From contig CM075996.1 in the NCBI GenBank assembly GCA_038087875.1, positions 9,674,001 to 9,738,000 of the forward strand: 64,000 nucleotides of DNA, written 5' to 3'. The translations under genes and the position numbers were made by a program. Source of the stretch: Malacoraja senta (taxonomy: Eukaryota). Positions within the stretch are counted from its first letter, which is position 1; every line of letters begins with the position of its first letter. The notes beneath the pieces were generated by a model that saw only the letters and a program-made list of their open reading frames with translations, was not told the DNA's origin and did no database searches. Positions 26,145-38,284 of the stretch are shown piece after piece.

Positions 26145-26583
26145 TTTTCACACAAACCAACCTCCCATCCACTGACTCAATTTATACCTCCCGATGCCTC
26201 GGCAAGGCCAGCAGCATAATCAAGTACGAGTCGCGCCCTAACCACTCCCTCTTCTCCCCTCTCCCATCAGGCAAAAGGTACAGAAGTGTGAAAACGCACA
26301 CCTCCAGATTCAGGGACAGTTTCTTCCCAACTGTTATCAGGCAACTGAACCATCCTACCACAACTAGAGAGCAGTCCAGAACTATCGACCTCATTGGAAA
26401 CCTTCGGACTATCTTTGATTGGACTTTACTGACTTTACCTTGCACTCAACGTTATTCCCTTATCATGTATCTGTACACTGCGAATGGCTCGATTGTAATC
26501 ACGTATTGTCTTTCCACTGGCTGGTTAGCACGCAACAAAAGCTTCTCACTGTACCTCGGTACACGTGACAATAAACTAAACTG
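26145..26583 (+). mobile_element. Rex1/Babar-like LINE 3' fragment
   Basis: TNLPSTDSIYTSRCLGKASSII...PLPSGKRYRS...RFRDSFFP and tail gtacacgtgacaataaactaaact. Confidence 0.82.
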
Positions 26584-27059
26584 AAACGGGTTATGGGGAG
26601 AAGGCAGGAGAATGGGGTTAGGAGGGAGAGATTGATCAGCCATGATTGATTGGCGTAGTAGACTTGATGGGCCGAATGGCCTAATTCTGCTCCTATCGCT
26701 TGTGAAACCATCCCGCGTCTGAGATGTCAGTGTGTTCGTCACCCTCCAATCCCTGCTCCCCTGTGTTTTAAATAGTCCGATATATTCCTGTACAAACATT
26801 TGGAACACGTTCTACAATCTAGGTTGCACAAACCTCTCTTGATGAGAAGTCAGGGTTGGTTCAGTAAAAATATACATTACTGGGTTGTCTTTTTTTTTTG
26901 CTAAATGTTGTCAAAGGCCACCACAAAACAGATCATTTTATCGCCCCCACTTCTGATAGCACAGCGTCCCCGTTGCCTGAGATCGCCTCGTTTACCACCC
27001 TCCCCCTTCCCCCCCCCCCACAAATCTTGATCACTTTGCAAGCTGAGCGTCTGAAGAAA

Positions 27060-27280
27060 GGATCCAGCCTCCTGTACATCGGCGAGACCAAGCGTAGACT
27101 CGCTGACCGTCCACCTCACACTTGCACTCCGCTCGCCAAGGCCTGCTGGATCTCCTGATCACGAACCCTTTCAACCCCCTTCCCATTTCCATTCCCACAC
27201 AAATCCTTCTGTCCCGGGCTTCCTCACCAAACATGAGGAACAGCAACGCCTCATGTCCTGCTTGGGCAGCTCACCACATC
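27060..27280 (+). mobile_element. Penelope GIY-YIG fragment
   Basis: LLYIGETKRRLADR followed by a degenerate EEQ(H)L remnant. Confidence 0.7.
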
Positions 27281-27421
27281 AATTTCATGTATTTTGTGTT
27301 TTTTATTTATTCTGGAATAAATAAAGCTCTATCGTATCGCATCATAACCCCATAATATAAACATTGAGAGTCTGAAGAAGAGTCTCGACCCAAAACGTCA
27401 CCTATTCCTTTTCTCCAGAGA

Positions 27422-27948
27422 TAGACAATAGACAATAGACAATAGGTGCAGGAGTAGGCCATTCGGCCCTTCGAGCCAGCACCGCCATTCAATGTGATCA
27501 TGGCTGATCATCCCCAATCAGTACCCCGTTCCTGCCTTCTCCCCATATCCCCTGACTCCGCTATTTTTAAGAGCCCTATCTAGCTCTCTCTTGAAAGCAT
27601 CCAGAGAACCGGCCTCCACCGCCCTCTGAGGCAGAGAATTCCCACAGACTGACCACTCTCTGTGAGAAAAAGTGTTTCCTCGTCTCCGTTCTAAATGGCT
27701 TACCCCTTATTCTTCAACTGTGGCCCCTGGTTCTGGACTCCCCCAACATCGGGAACATGTTTCCTGCCTCTAGTGTGTCCAAGCCCTTAACAATCTTATA
27801 TGTTTCAATGAGATATCCTCTCATCCTTCTAAACTCCAGAGTGTACAAGCCCAGCCGCTCCATTCTCTCAGCATATGACAGTCCCGCCATCCCGGGAATT
27901 AACCTTGTAAACCTACGCTGCACTCCCTCAATAGCAAGAATGTCCTTT
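27422..27948 (-). mobile_element. CR1/HER1 LINE 3' fragment within the putative SHISA 3' UTR
   Basis: ORF 27714-27923 [16 protein letters not shown]...; (CTATTGT)n tail. Confidence 0.92.
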
Positions 27949-28149
27949 TGCTCAATACCCCCTCCCCCCGCCCCCCATCAGTCTTTCCCTCACCCCCCTC
28001 TCTCTCACCCACCCTGTCCCTCACCTGCCTGCCGCCCCTCAATATCCAACCCCTCACCACCCGCTGTTGCCCGGAAGCCCGCTCCCCTCCCCCCCCCTTT
28101 GTCGAGGCCTTTGGGACAACAGACGCGGGCGGGGTGGGTGGGGGGGGGG

Positions 28150-28538
28150 CTACACTGTCACTTCGGTCTTGCTGTTGGTGGAGAGGTGGTGCTGGGTCTG
28201 CTTGTAGTGTAAGGGTGGGCTGAAGATCTCGGGGAGGTGCTCGATGCTGTACTGCCGCTTGGCAGCGTAGCCCTGCCGCTGCCCCGCGCCCTGCCCCGCG
28301 CCCTGCCCCTGCCCCTGCCCCGCGCCCACGCCCACCGGCTCCCAGCCCTGGTAGCCCGAACTGAAGTGCGGGTGGGTGTTCATCTGGCTGCCTTTGGTCT
28401 TGTGCCGGGCGGTGGGGGTGAGGAAGGCGCACAGCTCCCCCGACTGCCGGTCCTTCGCCGCCGGCAGCGAGCGGCCGCTCACCGGCAGCTCCATCACCGG
28501 GTAGCGCTTGCCGTAGAAGTCCTCCACCGCTGTCTCTG
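28150..28538 (-). CDS. shisa8: Terminal coding exon of a Shisa8/CKAMP39-like AMPA-receptor auxiliary subunit (SHISA6-9 family)
   Basis: Reads AETAVEDFYGKRYPVMELP...KRQYSIEHLPEIFSPPLHY...STNSKTEVTV*; TNSKTEVTV is the SHISA8/9 C-terminal PDZ-binding motif and RQYSIEHLPEIF resembles SHISA8; acceptor ctgacccgtgttcctccccag at 28559-28539; TAG at 28152-28150. The family is secure, 8 versus 9 less so. Confidence 0.85.
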
Positions 28539-28644
28539 CTGGGGAGGAACACGGGTCAGACAGGGGTGGCAGCGACAGGGCGGACACGATGGGCCGAACG
28601 GCCTAACTCTGCTCCTGTGACCTATGAACTTTCTCTGTATGTTC

Positions 28645-28872
28645 ACTGTATGTGTGTGTGTGCAAGAGTGCAAGAGAGTATTCATATGTGTGTGCGTGTG
28701 AGTGTGAGTGTGTGTATGTAATGAGTGTGTATGTGTGTGTGTGTGTGAATGTGAGTGAGTGTGTGTGTGCGTGTTAATGTGCAGCGAGTGTGTATGTGTG
28801 TGTGTATGTAGATGTGTGCACACGCGTGTGTGTATGTGTGTGCATGCGTGTGAGTGTGTAAGTGCGTGAATG
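28645..28872. repeat. Degenerate (TG)n microsatellite
   Basis: Seen directly. Confidence 0.93.
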
Positions 28873-29022
28873 TGAGGAAAGTATCTTTACACAGAGGGTG
28901 GTGGGTGCCTGGAACACGCTGCCAGGGGTGGTGGTGGAGGCAGATATGATAGTGGTGTTTAAGAGACATTTAGATAGGCACACGGATATGCAGAGAATGG
29001 AGCGGTATGGAACACGTACATG

Positions 29023-29305
29023 CACGGTGGTGCAGCGGTAAAGTTGCTGCCTTACAGCGCCAGAGACCCCGGTTCAATCCCGACTACGGGTGCTGTCTGT
29101 ATGGAGTTCTCCCCGTGACCTGCGTGGATTTCCTCCAAGATCTTCGGTTTCCTCCCGCACTCCAAAGACGTACAGGTTTGTAGGTTAATTGGCTTGGTGT
29201 AAATGTAAATTGTCCCTGGAGTGTGTAGGATAGTGTTAGTGTGCGGGGATCGCTGGCCTTGGTGGGCCGAAGGGCCTGATTCTGCGCTGTATCTCTAAAC
29301 TAAAC
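29023..29305 (+). mobile_element. HE1-type V-SINE
   Basis: Consensus head, V-domain and tail. Confidence 0.85.
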
Positions 29306-30366
29306 TTGGCATCATGTTTGGCACGGACATTGTGGGCTGAAGGGCCTGTTCCCGTGCTGTACTGGTCTACGTTAAATCAAAACTGCTGCTGAGAGACCTG
29401 TTGTCTTGCAGTGCCAGTGACTGTTTTGATTCGGTGCTGTCTATGTGGAGTTTGCACGTTCTCCCTGTGACAACAGAGTGTTTCCAATTGGCGCTGGGTT
29501 TCCTGCCACATCCCAGAGACGTGCATGTCGATCGGCTGCTATGAATGAACCTGCTCTACACCGAGGGGAATTGGAGAACAGTCTGTGTCGTAAGATAATG
29601 AATGGGATGATAGGATTGGACTGAGGGCCAGCAGTGGCTCGATGGGCCAAACGGTCTTTAGTTTAGTTTAGTTTAGTTTGGAGATACAGCGTGGAAACAG
29701 GCCCTTCGGCCCACTGAGGACTCTAACACTATCCTACACACACTAGGACAATTTACACGTACACCAAGCCAATTAACCTACAAACCTGCACGTCACTGCA
29801 CCAGAGTCCCGGGTTCGATCCTGAACTTGGCTACTGTCTGTGTGGGGTTTGCACGTTCTCCCAGTGACCACGTGGGTTTCCTCCGGGTGCACAGAGTCTC
29901 GGGTTGACACAGGGGGTCTCCTGCCCAGAGTAGGGGAATCGGGGACCAGAGAACCAGGTTCAAGGTGAAGGGGAAAAATTAGGAACCTGAGGGGTAACTT
30001 TTTCACACAAAGGGTGGTGGGTGTACAGAACAAGCTGTTTGGAGGTAGTCGAGGCTGGGACTATCCCAACGTTTAAGAAACAGTTAGACAGGTACATGGA
30101 TAGGACAGGTTTGGAGGGATATGGACCAAGCGCAGGCAGGTGTGACTAGTGTAGCTGGGACATGTTGGCCTGTGTGGGCAAGCTGGGCCTGTTTCCACAC
30201 TGTAGCACTCTATGATCTGGTTTCCTCCCACATCCCACACGTGCGGGTTTGCATGTTAATAGGCCCCAGTGTAACACAGAACGGGTGATCGATGATTGGC
30301 GTGGACTCGGTGGGCCGAAGGGCCTGCTTCCTGTGCTGTGTCTCCAAACTATAACTAAGAACTTAA

Positions 30367-30825
30367 AGGGCCTGTCCCACGGGCATGCGACTCCATGCGG
30401 CACGCGCGACCTAACCGGAAGTGGGGGCCGCGCGGGGGCCGCGCGGGGCCCGCGCGGAGGTCGAGTGATCCCCGTACAGGGCCGGTCCCACCAGCATGCG
30501 GCAAGCGCTACCAAACCGGTAGCGGGGGCTGCGCGGAGGTCGAGTGACGTCAAGACGGTGCGTACGGTGGCGAGGCGGTGCGCACGGCCGTTGAGGCGGC
30601 GCGCACGGCCTCGATGCGGCTGCATACGGCGTCGAGGCGGTGCACACGGAATTTTTGAACACTGTCAGTTTTTCGGAGCCCCGCGCGATGTCGGGACTAG
30701 CTCCGCACAACTCCATACGGCTCCGGCGATCGAAGTGGGACCGCCCCGCGCGGCCCCCGCACGGCTCCCGCTTCCGGTTAGGTCGCACTTGCCGCATGGA
30801 GTCGCATGCCCGTGGGACAGGCCCT
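30367..30825. mobile_element. PIF/Harbinger-type MITE
   Basis: Long TIR beginning agggcctgtcccacgggcatgcgactccatgcggc; 3-bp TSD TAA at 30364-30366 and 30826-30828. Confidence 0.88.
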
Positions 30826-31268
30826 TAAAGCAGCTCGTGAGGAAAATGGGGTGACAATGATGGGTGACTTTAATCTTCGTGAAGGATGGACAGGTCCTAT
30901 TGGCGTGGGTGTTTAGGAAGGGAGGCCCGCGGACTGCTCTGTGCCAGTTTCCTGGATCACATTGTGGAGCCGAGCCGGGAAGCGGTTTATTTTTCGAACT
31001 GCTCATGCATAATGACTCAGATTAATAAATAGTTAAAGGAACTCCAGGGAAGACTGACTAACTCGAAAGAATTTCATATTCTGTTTGAGAATTAGAAGCT
31101 GGGCCTCGATACTGAATGTGTCTCGTACTGAAACAAAGCCAATTAAAAATAAGGGGATGGAGATGCAGGGAACTGCAGATGCTGGAGTCCTGAGCAAAAC
31201 ACACAAAGTGTTGGAGGAACTCAGTGGGTCAGGCAGCATCTGTGGAGGGAAATGGATAGGCGCCATTA

Positions 31269-31513
31269 AGGGCCTGTCCCACTTTCACGATCTAATTCAA
31301 GACCTCTGCCGAGTTTGCCCTTGACATACTCGCAGCATGGTCTTCACGAGGTCGTAGGAGGTCGTAGGAGGTCGTAGGAGGTCGTAGGTAGGCAGTGATG
31401 CTAGTCGTAGGTACTCGTGGCATCAAGTAGGTCGGGGCGTTTTTTCAACATGATGGAAAATGTCCACGAGTAAAAAAGGTCATGAATTAGGTCATGAAAG
31501 TTGGACAGGCCCT
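31269..31513. mobile_element. PIF/Harbinger-type MITE
   Basis: TIR agggcctgtcccactttcacga / tcatgaaagttggacaggccct, TWA flanks, internal (gaggtcgtag)n. Confidence 0.82.
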
Positions 31514-32070
31514 TAACATGTCGGGACCCTCCTTCAGACTGATGGAAGGGCCTCTATCCATTTTCCTCCACAGATGCCGACTGACCCACTGAGTTCCTCC
31601 AAATGTCTATTTTCCACAAAGCTATGAAGTTTGACGAGGGAAGTATCAATTGGTAAAGTGGTAGATAGGTGGATAGACACAAAAGGCTGGAGTAACCCAG
31701 TGGGTCAGGCAGCATCTCTGGAAGAAAGGAAATGGTGACGATTTGGGTCGAGACCCTTCTTTGTGAGTCTGAAGAAAGGTCTCAACCCAAAACGTCACCT
31801 ATTCCTTTTCTCCAGAGATGCTGCCTGACCCACTGAGTTACTCCAGCCTTTTGTGTCTATCGACCGTGTAAATCAGCATCTGCAGTTGCTTCCTACACTG
31901 GCAGTATCCGTCTCACACTGGCGACAATTTGCATTTACACCAAACCGTTTAACCTACAAACCTGCACGTCCTTGGAGTGTGGGAGAAATCCCACGCAGGT
32001 CACGGGGAGAACGTGCAAACTCCGTACAGACAGCGTATGTAGTCTGGCGATGCAAGGCTGCAATTCTACC

Positions 32071-32270
32071 NNNNNNNNNNNNNNNNNNNNNNNNNNNNNN
32101 NNNNNNNNNNNNNNNNNNNNNNNNNNNNNNNNNNNNNNNNNNNNNNNNNNNNNNNNNNNNNNNNNNNNNNNNNNNNNNNNNNNNNNNNNNNNNNNNNNNN
32201 NNNNNNNNNNNNNNNNNNNNNNNNNNNNNNNNNNNNNNNNNNNNNNNNNNNNNNNNNNNNNNNNNNNNNN
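32071..32270. other. Assembly gap (200 N)
   Basis: Run of N. Confidence 1.
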
Positions 32271-33070
32271 GCACACACACTCACAGTCAAACACACACCT
32301 CACACACTCAGACACTCACAGTCAAACACACACACTCACACTCACGCACACACACTCAGCACTCAGTCAAACACACACTCACACACTCAGACACTCACAG
32401 TCAAACACACACACTCACACTCACGCACACACACTCAGACACTCAGTCAAACACACACTCACACACTCAGACACTCACAGTCAAACACACACACTCACAC
32501 TCACGCACACACACTCAGACACTCACAGTCAAACACACACACTCACACTCACGCACACACACTCAGACACTCAGTCAAACACACACTCACACACTCAGAC
32601 ACTCACAGTCAAACACACACACTCACACTCACGCACACACACTCACAGTCAAACACACACTCACACACTCAGACACTCACAGTCAAACACACACACTCAC
32701 ACTCACGCACACACACTCAGACACTCAGTCAAACACACACTCACACACTCAGACACTCACAGTCAAACACACACACTCACACTCACGCACACACACTCAG
32801 ACACTCAGTCAAACACACACTCACACACTCAGACACTCACAGTCAAACACACACACTCACACTCACGCACACACACTCAGACACTCACAGTCAAACACAC
32901 ACACTCACACTCACGCACACACACTCAGACACTCAGTCAAACACACACTCACACACTCAGACACTCACAGTCAAACACACACACTCACACTCACGCACAC
33001 ACACTCAGACACACAGTCAAACACACACACACTCGCACTCACGCATATGCACTCAGACACACACACACGT
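32271..33070. repeat. CA-rich compound satellite with higher-order units
   Basis: Recurring cagtcaaacacacac, actcacgcacac and actcagacactca modules. Confidence 0.93.
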
Positions 33071-33193
33071 AGGCACACGCACTCATGCACAGACACTAAC
33101 GCGCACGCACGCACGCAGACAGACGCAGAGTGAGAGAGGGCAGCAGGCAGACACGCAGCTTTTAAGCAAGCTGCAGGAGGAATTTTTGTCTTT

Positions 33194-33208
33194 TCTTTTC
33201 TTTTGAAC
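33194..33208 (-). terminator. Putative snRNA 3' box
   Basis: GTTCAAAAGAAAAGA about 22 nt after the U2 end; resembles GTTYN0-3AAARRYAGA. Confidence 0.5.
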
Positions 33209-33229
33209 TTTGAAAATCTCCCAAAAGGG

Positions 33230-33380
33230 AGGTGCACCGTTCCCAGAGGCACTGCAATACTGGGTCGATGCGTGGAGTGGACGGAGCAAGCCCCTATTCC
33301 ATCTCCCTGTTCCAAAAATCAATTTAATATATGGTCCCTAGATAAGGGACGTATCAGATATTAAACTGATAAGAACAGAT
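33230..33380 (-). ncRNA. RNU2: U2 snRNA nt 38 to 3' end (5'-disrupted copy)
   Basis: Minus strand ATCTGTTCTTATCAGTTTAATATCTGATACGTCC...GATTTTTGG (Sm site)...GCATCGACCCAGTATTGCAGTGCCTCTGGGAACGGTGCACC matches vertebrate U2; first 37 nt absent. Confidence 0.95.
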
Positions 33381-33447
33381 TTATTATTTTTTAAATTTCA
33401 AAACAGACTTTATTCAAGTAACAAATATATACAATACATGAACACTG
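33381..33447 (-). mobile_element. Short non-LTR 3' tail abutting U2 nt 38 (Keno/Tx1-like)
   Basis: Minus strand tgtattgtatatatttgttacttgAATAAAgtctgttttgaaatttaaaaaataataa|ATCTGTTC. Confidence 0.6.
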
Positions 33448-33834
33448 TGTTTAATAGTATGTGTTTAATGTATGTTTTTAGTGTTCTTTAGCATGTTTTA
33501 TGTGTGTGTGGGGGGGGGGGGTTGGGGGAAAGATTTTAATCTCCTACCTCGACGGAGATGCCATTTTTTCCCATATCGTATCCGTTCATGATTGAATGGC
33601 TGTTGACTTGATGGGCTGAATGGCCTAATTCTGTTCCTATCCCTTATGACCAATTAACCTACAAACCTGCACGTCTTTGGAGTGTGGGAGGAAACCGGAG
33701 CACCCGGAGAAAACCCCCGTGGACACAGGGAGAAGGTACAAACGACCGTACAGACAAGCACCCGTAGTGTACGTAGGATGGAACCGTGGTCTCTGGCGCT
33801 GTGAGGCAGCAACTCTACCGCTGCGCCACCGACG

Positions 33835-34360
33835 ACTCTACTTCCTGAGAAGGTTACGGAGAGTCGGTATGTCAAGGAGGATTCTCTCCAACTTCTACAG
33901 GTGCACAGTAGAGAGCATGCTGACCGGTTGCATCGTGGCTTGGTTCGGCAATGAACGTCCAGGAGCGGTAAAGGCTGCAAAAAGTTGTGACCACTGCCCA
34001 GTCCATCACCGGCTCTGACCTCCCCACCATCGAAGGGATCTATCACAGTCGCTGCCTCACAAAGACAGCCAGCATCATCAGAGACCCACACCACCCTGGC
34101 CACACACTCATCTCACCACTGCCATCGGGAAGAAGGTACAGGAGCCTGAAAACTGTAACGTCCAGGTTCAGGAACAGCTTCTTCCCCACAGCCATCAGGT
34201 TATTAAACACGACAACCTCATATGGACTCTGAACTACAATAGACTATTATTATTTAATATTGCACTACTATTGTTATTTATTGAGTATGTGTGAATGTGT
34301 ATATACACACTGAACTTTTTTTCTTCCGTTGTGTACTATGTTTACATATTCTGTTGTGAC
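33835..34360 (+). mobile_element. Rex1/Babar-like LINE 3' fragment
   Basis: RLYFLRRLRR...NFYRCTVESMLTGCIVAWFG...LPSGRRYRSLKT. Confidence 0.85.
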
Positions 34361-34905
34361 AATAGACAATAGACAATAGACAATAGGTGCAGGAGTAGGC
34401 CATTTGGTCCTTCGAGCCAGCACCACCATTCAATGTGATCATGGCTGATCATCCCCAATCAGTACCCCGTTCCTGCCTTCTCCCCATATCGCCTGACTCC
34501 GCTATCTTTAAGAGCCCTATCTAGCTCTCTCTTGAAAGTATCCATGAGAACCGGCCTCCACTGAGGCAGAGAATTCCACAGACTCACAACTCTCTGTGAG
34601 AAAATGTGTTTCCTCGTCTCCGTTCTAAATGGCTTACCCCTTATTCTTAAACTGTAGCCCCTGGTTCTGGACTCCCCCAACATTGGGAACATGTTTCCTG
34701 CCTCTAGCGTGTCCAAACCCTTAATAATCTTATATGTTTCAATAAGATGCCCTCTCATCCTTCTAAACTCCAGAGTGTACAAGCCCAGCCGCTCCATTCT
34801 CTCAGCATATGACAGTCCCGCCATCCCGGGAATTAACCTTGTAAACCTACGCTGCACTCCCTCAATAGCAAGAATGTCCTTCCTTAAATTAGGGGAGCAA
34901 AACTG
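34360..34905 (-). mobile_element. CR1/HER1 LINE 3' fragment
   Basis: [23 protein letters not shown]...RVVSLWNSLPQ. Confidence 0.92.
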
Positions 34906-35289
34906 TATTAGTAACAATGTCATTGTCCTATCTGGGACATGTGACAATAAAACACTCTTGACACTTGACTTGACTTTCTTGGCAAGATCATCGAACCTGT
35001 TGCCACGCTGTATCTCTAAAGTGTAAAAGTCTAAACTAAATAAATACAATCGAGCCAAAATCAAGTACAGCAGGGTACGTGAGTGGAAAGATGGCGACTT
35101 TCACACAAAGACATGTGATCGGTACCGATGTCGCTGGCAGCTGGCGCATGGAGCAGCCCCAGCACCCAGCCAGCCACAAACCCTGGGCCACACTCCCCCG
35201 ACCAGCTCCTGAACGGCCCTTCCATAAGCCAGGGTACTGTCCGAATCACCTCCACCCCATTGCAGACACTGCACTTTGTCCATGGAATT

Positions 35290-35574
35290 ACGGTGGGCGC
35301 AGCGGTAGAGTTGCTGCCTCACAGCGCCAGAGACCCGGGTTCAATCCCAACTACGGGTGCTGTCCGTTCGGAGTTTGCACCTTCTCCCCGTGACCTGCGT
35401 GGGTTTTCTCTGGGTGCTCCGGTTTCCTCCCACACTCCAAAGACGTACATGTTTATAGGCTAATCGGCTTGGATAATTGTAAATTGTCCCTAGTGTGTAG
35501 GATAGTGTTGGTGTGCGGGGATCGACTCGGTGGGCCGAAGGGCCTGTATCCGCATTGTATCTCTAAACTAAACT
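35290..35574 (+). mobile_element. HE1-type V-SINE
   Basis: Consensus head, V-domain and tail. Confidence 0.85.
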
Positions 35575-36079
35575 GGTGCACGACAATGCTGAGAACTGTA
35601 TTCTCCATTCTGTATCTTCAGGAGATCGGGAGTGATTAATTGCCATACAAACCAACGACAGAACATTCTTACTTGCTGCAGCTTCGCAAGACTTAAACAC
35701 GGCACATGGTTAACATATAATAAACATATTAAAAAAAGAATTCCATTAAATTAATAACCACAATACGTGCAAAAAAGCTCAAAGTCAATAGTTCACTGTT
35801 TAGTTGGTAGGTTGTGTCGTGTTTAATAGCCTGATGGCTGTAGGGAAGAAGCTGTTCCTGAACCTGGACGTTACAGTTTTCAGGCTCCTGTACCTTCTTC
35901 CCGATGGCAGTGGTGAGATGAGTGTGTGGGCAGGGTGGGGTGGGTCTCTGATGATGCTGGCTGCCTTTGTATATCCTTGTAGATCCCTTCGATGGTGGGG
36001 AGGTCAGTACCCATGATGGCCCCTCGATGGTGGGGAGGTCAGAGCTGGTGAGGGACCTTCAATGGGTGGGAGGTCAGTA

Positions 36080-37045
36080 ATAATAATAAATAATAATAGA
36101 TTTTATTTATGGGCGCCTTTCACAAAGTCTCAAGGACACCTTACAAAGTTTAACAAATAGTGTAGAAACATATAAGCGGAATGAAACAAATAGCAAAGAC
36201 ATCACCAGAACACAAATTAAAGATAGAATTAAATCCAAAAACAAAAATCACGAACACAATATGGAAGAGAGAGCAGCGGCTGCTAAAGCGCGCCAGCGTC
36301 CACTCTCCCTTCCGACCGCCATCTTGGACAAAGACTAACATAGACACTACACATTACACACAAAATCTTCCCCCACAATGATTACCACTGTGGGGGAAGG
36401 CACAATGTCAAGTCCCCAACCCCAGTTCACCCAAAGTCAGGCCTATTGAGGCCTCCACAGTTGCCTCTATGGAGGCCCGATGTTCCTGGCCGTTCTCGCC
36501 GGGTGTTGTTGCCCCGGCGTCGGGAGAGTCCTCACAGCGGCTGGGACGGCTGGAACGGCCGATCTCCTACCGGAGTCCGTGGCACCTGAAGCCGACAAGG
36601 CCGCGCCGATTTGGAGCTCAGAGGCTCCCGATGTTAGAGTCGGCACCGCAGCTGGCCGCTCCACAGTCCCGCAGCCCGGAGGTGTTGAGCTCGGCGGTCC
36701 AGCTCACCGGAGCTCCAGCGCGTCGATCCAGCGCGGCGACCCAGGCAAGGCATCGCCCGCTCCGCTCCGCGATAGCGCTCCAGCGCTGTGCCGCCACCGA
36801 AGCTGAAGGTGCTGGGCAGTCCCCGCAGGAAAACGCCACTCCAGGCCCGCTGGTAGGCCACGAGGTCGGGTCGACGGGGCAGCCCGGAGAAAAAGCTGCC
36901 TCACCGACCAGGTAGGGACCTAGTATAGTTTCCCCCTTACCCCCCTACATTAAAAGTCAAAATTTCCCTAGACATAGACAGGAAAAAAATCCTAAAAACT
37001 AAATTAAAAAGTAAATTGAACGGACGGCTGCTGGTTAGCAGCTGT
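36080..37045 (-). mobile_element. GC-rich non-autonomous LINE-like element
   Basis: Family head on minus near 37040, hairpin 1 at 36870-36908, hairpin 2 at 36367-36399, (TTA)n tail near 36080. Confidence 0.55.
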
Positions 37046-37194
37046 TCCCCAAGATAGCTCCTCCCATTGTACCCGTGAGGGACCCTCGATGGTGGGGAGG
37101 TCAGTACCCATGATGGATGGGGCAGTGTCCACCACCTTTGGTCCTGGGCGTTCGAGTAGCTGAACCAGGCTCCAGTCAGTCAACCAGTCAGTTA

Positions 37195-37602
37195 TAGAAT
37201 CATAGAATCATAGAAAGTAGGTGCGAGAGCAGACCACCAGGTCCATCGAGCCCGCACCGCCATTCGCTCATGGCTTAACACCAAACAAACACCCCTACCC
37301 ACAAACAGTAGACACAAGACACAGAACACAAGACACTACCCTCCCCTTTATACCGCTATCACCCCTCTCCACCCCAAGAACCGAGTGATCTCCTGGGGGA
37401 GGCAAAAAAACGGATAAAAACCCAGGTCCAATTCGGGAAAAAAATCCGGGAAATTCCTCTCCGACCCCAATCCAGGCGATCGACACTTGTCCAGGAGATC
37501 ACTCAGGTCTTACTATACTAACCGTACCTAGGTCCATATCCCTGCCCTCTCCCCGTAGCCCCTTATCCCCTTGGCAGCTAAAAAACCATCTATTTTAGAC
37601 TT
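37195..37602 (-). mobile_element. CR1 3' end with an extended 3' UTR
   Basis: KSKIDGFLAAKGIRGYGERAG, then a UTR and an (ATGATTCT)n-like tail. Confidence 0.75.
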
Positions 37603-38284
37603 AGTTTGCTCTGTACCGTATATATGTAGAAGTTCAAGAGCGGATTCATCGACATATTGCATCTTCTCAGGAAGTAGAGGTGTTGAGTAGAGGAGGGAGA
37701 GGCATCTTTCCACCCGCTCTACTTGTTGGACTTGAATTTGGCTTGATTGTATTTAGTTACTTTAGACATTTAGACTTTAGAGATACAGCGTGGATACAGG
37801 CCCTTCGGCCCACTGAGTCCGTGCCGACCAGCGATCCCCGCACACTAACCCTATCCTACACACTAGGGTGACATTTACAATTTTACCAAAGCCAATTAAT
37901 CTACAAACCTTTACATCTTTGGAGTGTGCGAGGAAAGCAGAGACCCACGTGGTCACGGGGAGAACTCCGTACACACAGCACCCGTGGTCAGGATCGAAGG
38001 TGGCGCTGTAAGGCGGCTACTCTACCGCTGCGCCACCGTGCCGCCCAAGTTTGGTTCAGTTTAGTTTAGAAATACAGCTTGAAAACAGGCCATTTGGCCC
38101 ACTGACTCCATGCCGACAACCGACCACCCGTACACCAGTTCTACTTCATCCCAGTCTCACACCCTACACACACCAGGGGCATTTACAGAATAATATGTTA
38201 CGGTAGGTATGGTATCATCTGCTTTGATTGCTAGCATGCAAGACAAAGCTTTCCACTGTACCTCTGTGTACAGACAGTACGAAA

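Noticed and set aside
27899..28620. Overlapping 217-aa minus and 127-aa plus ORFs
   Set aside because: Shadow frames of the GC-rich SHISA exon
31853..33133. Long His/Thr-rich ORFs (also 17002-17410, 18495-19078, 43789-44603)
   Set aside because: CA/TG microsatellites and an N gap
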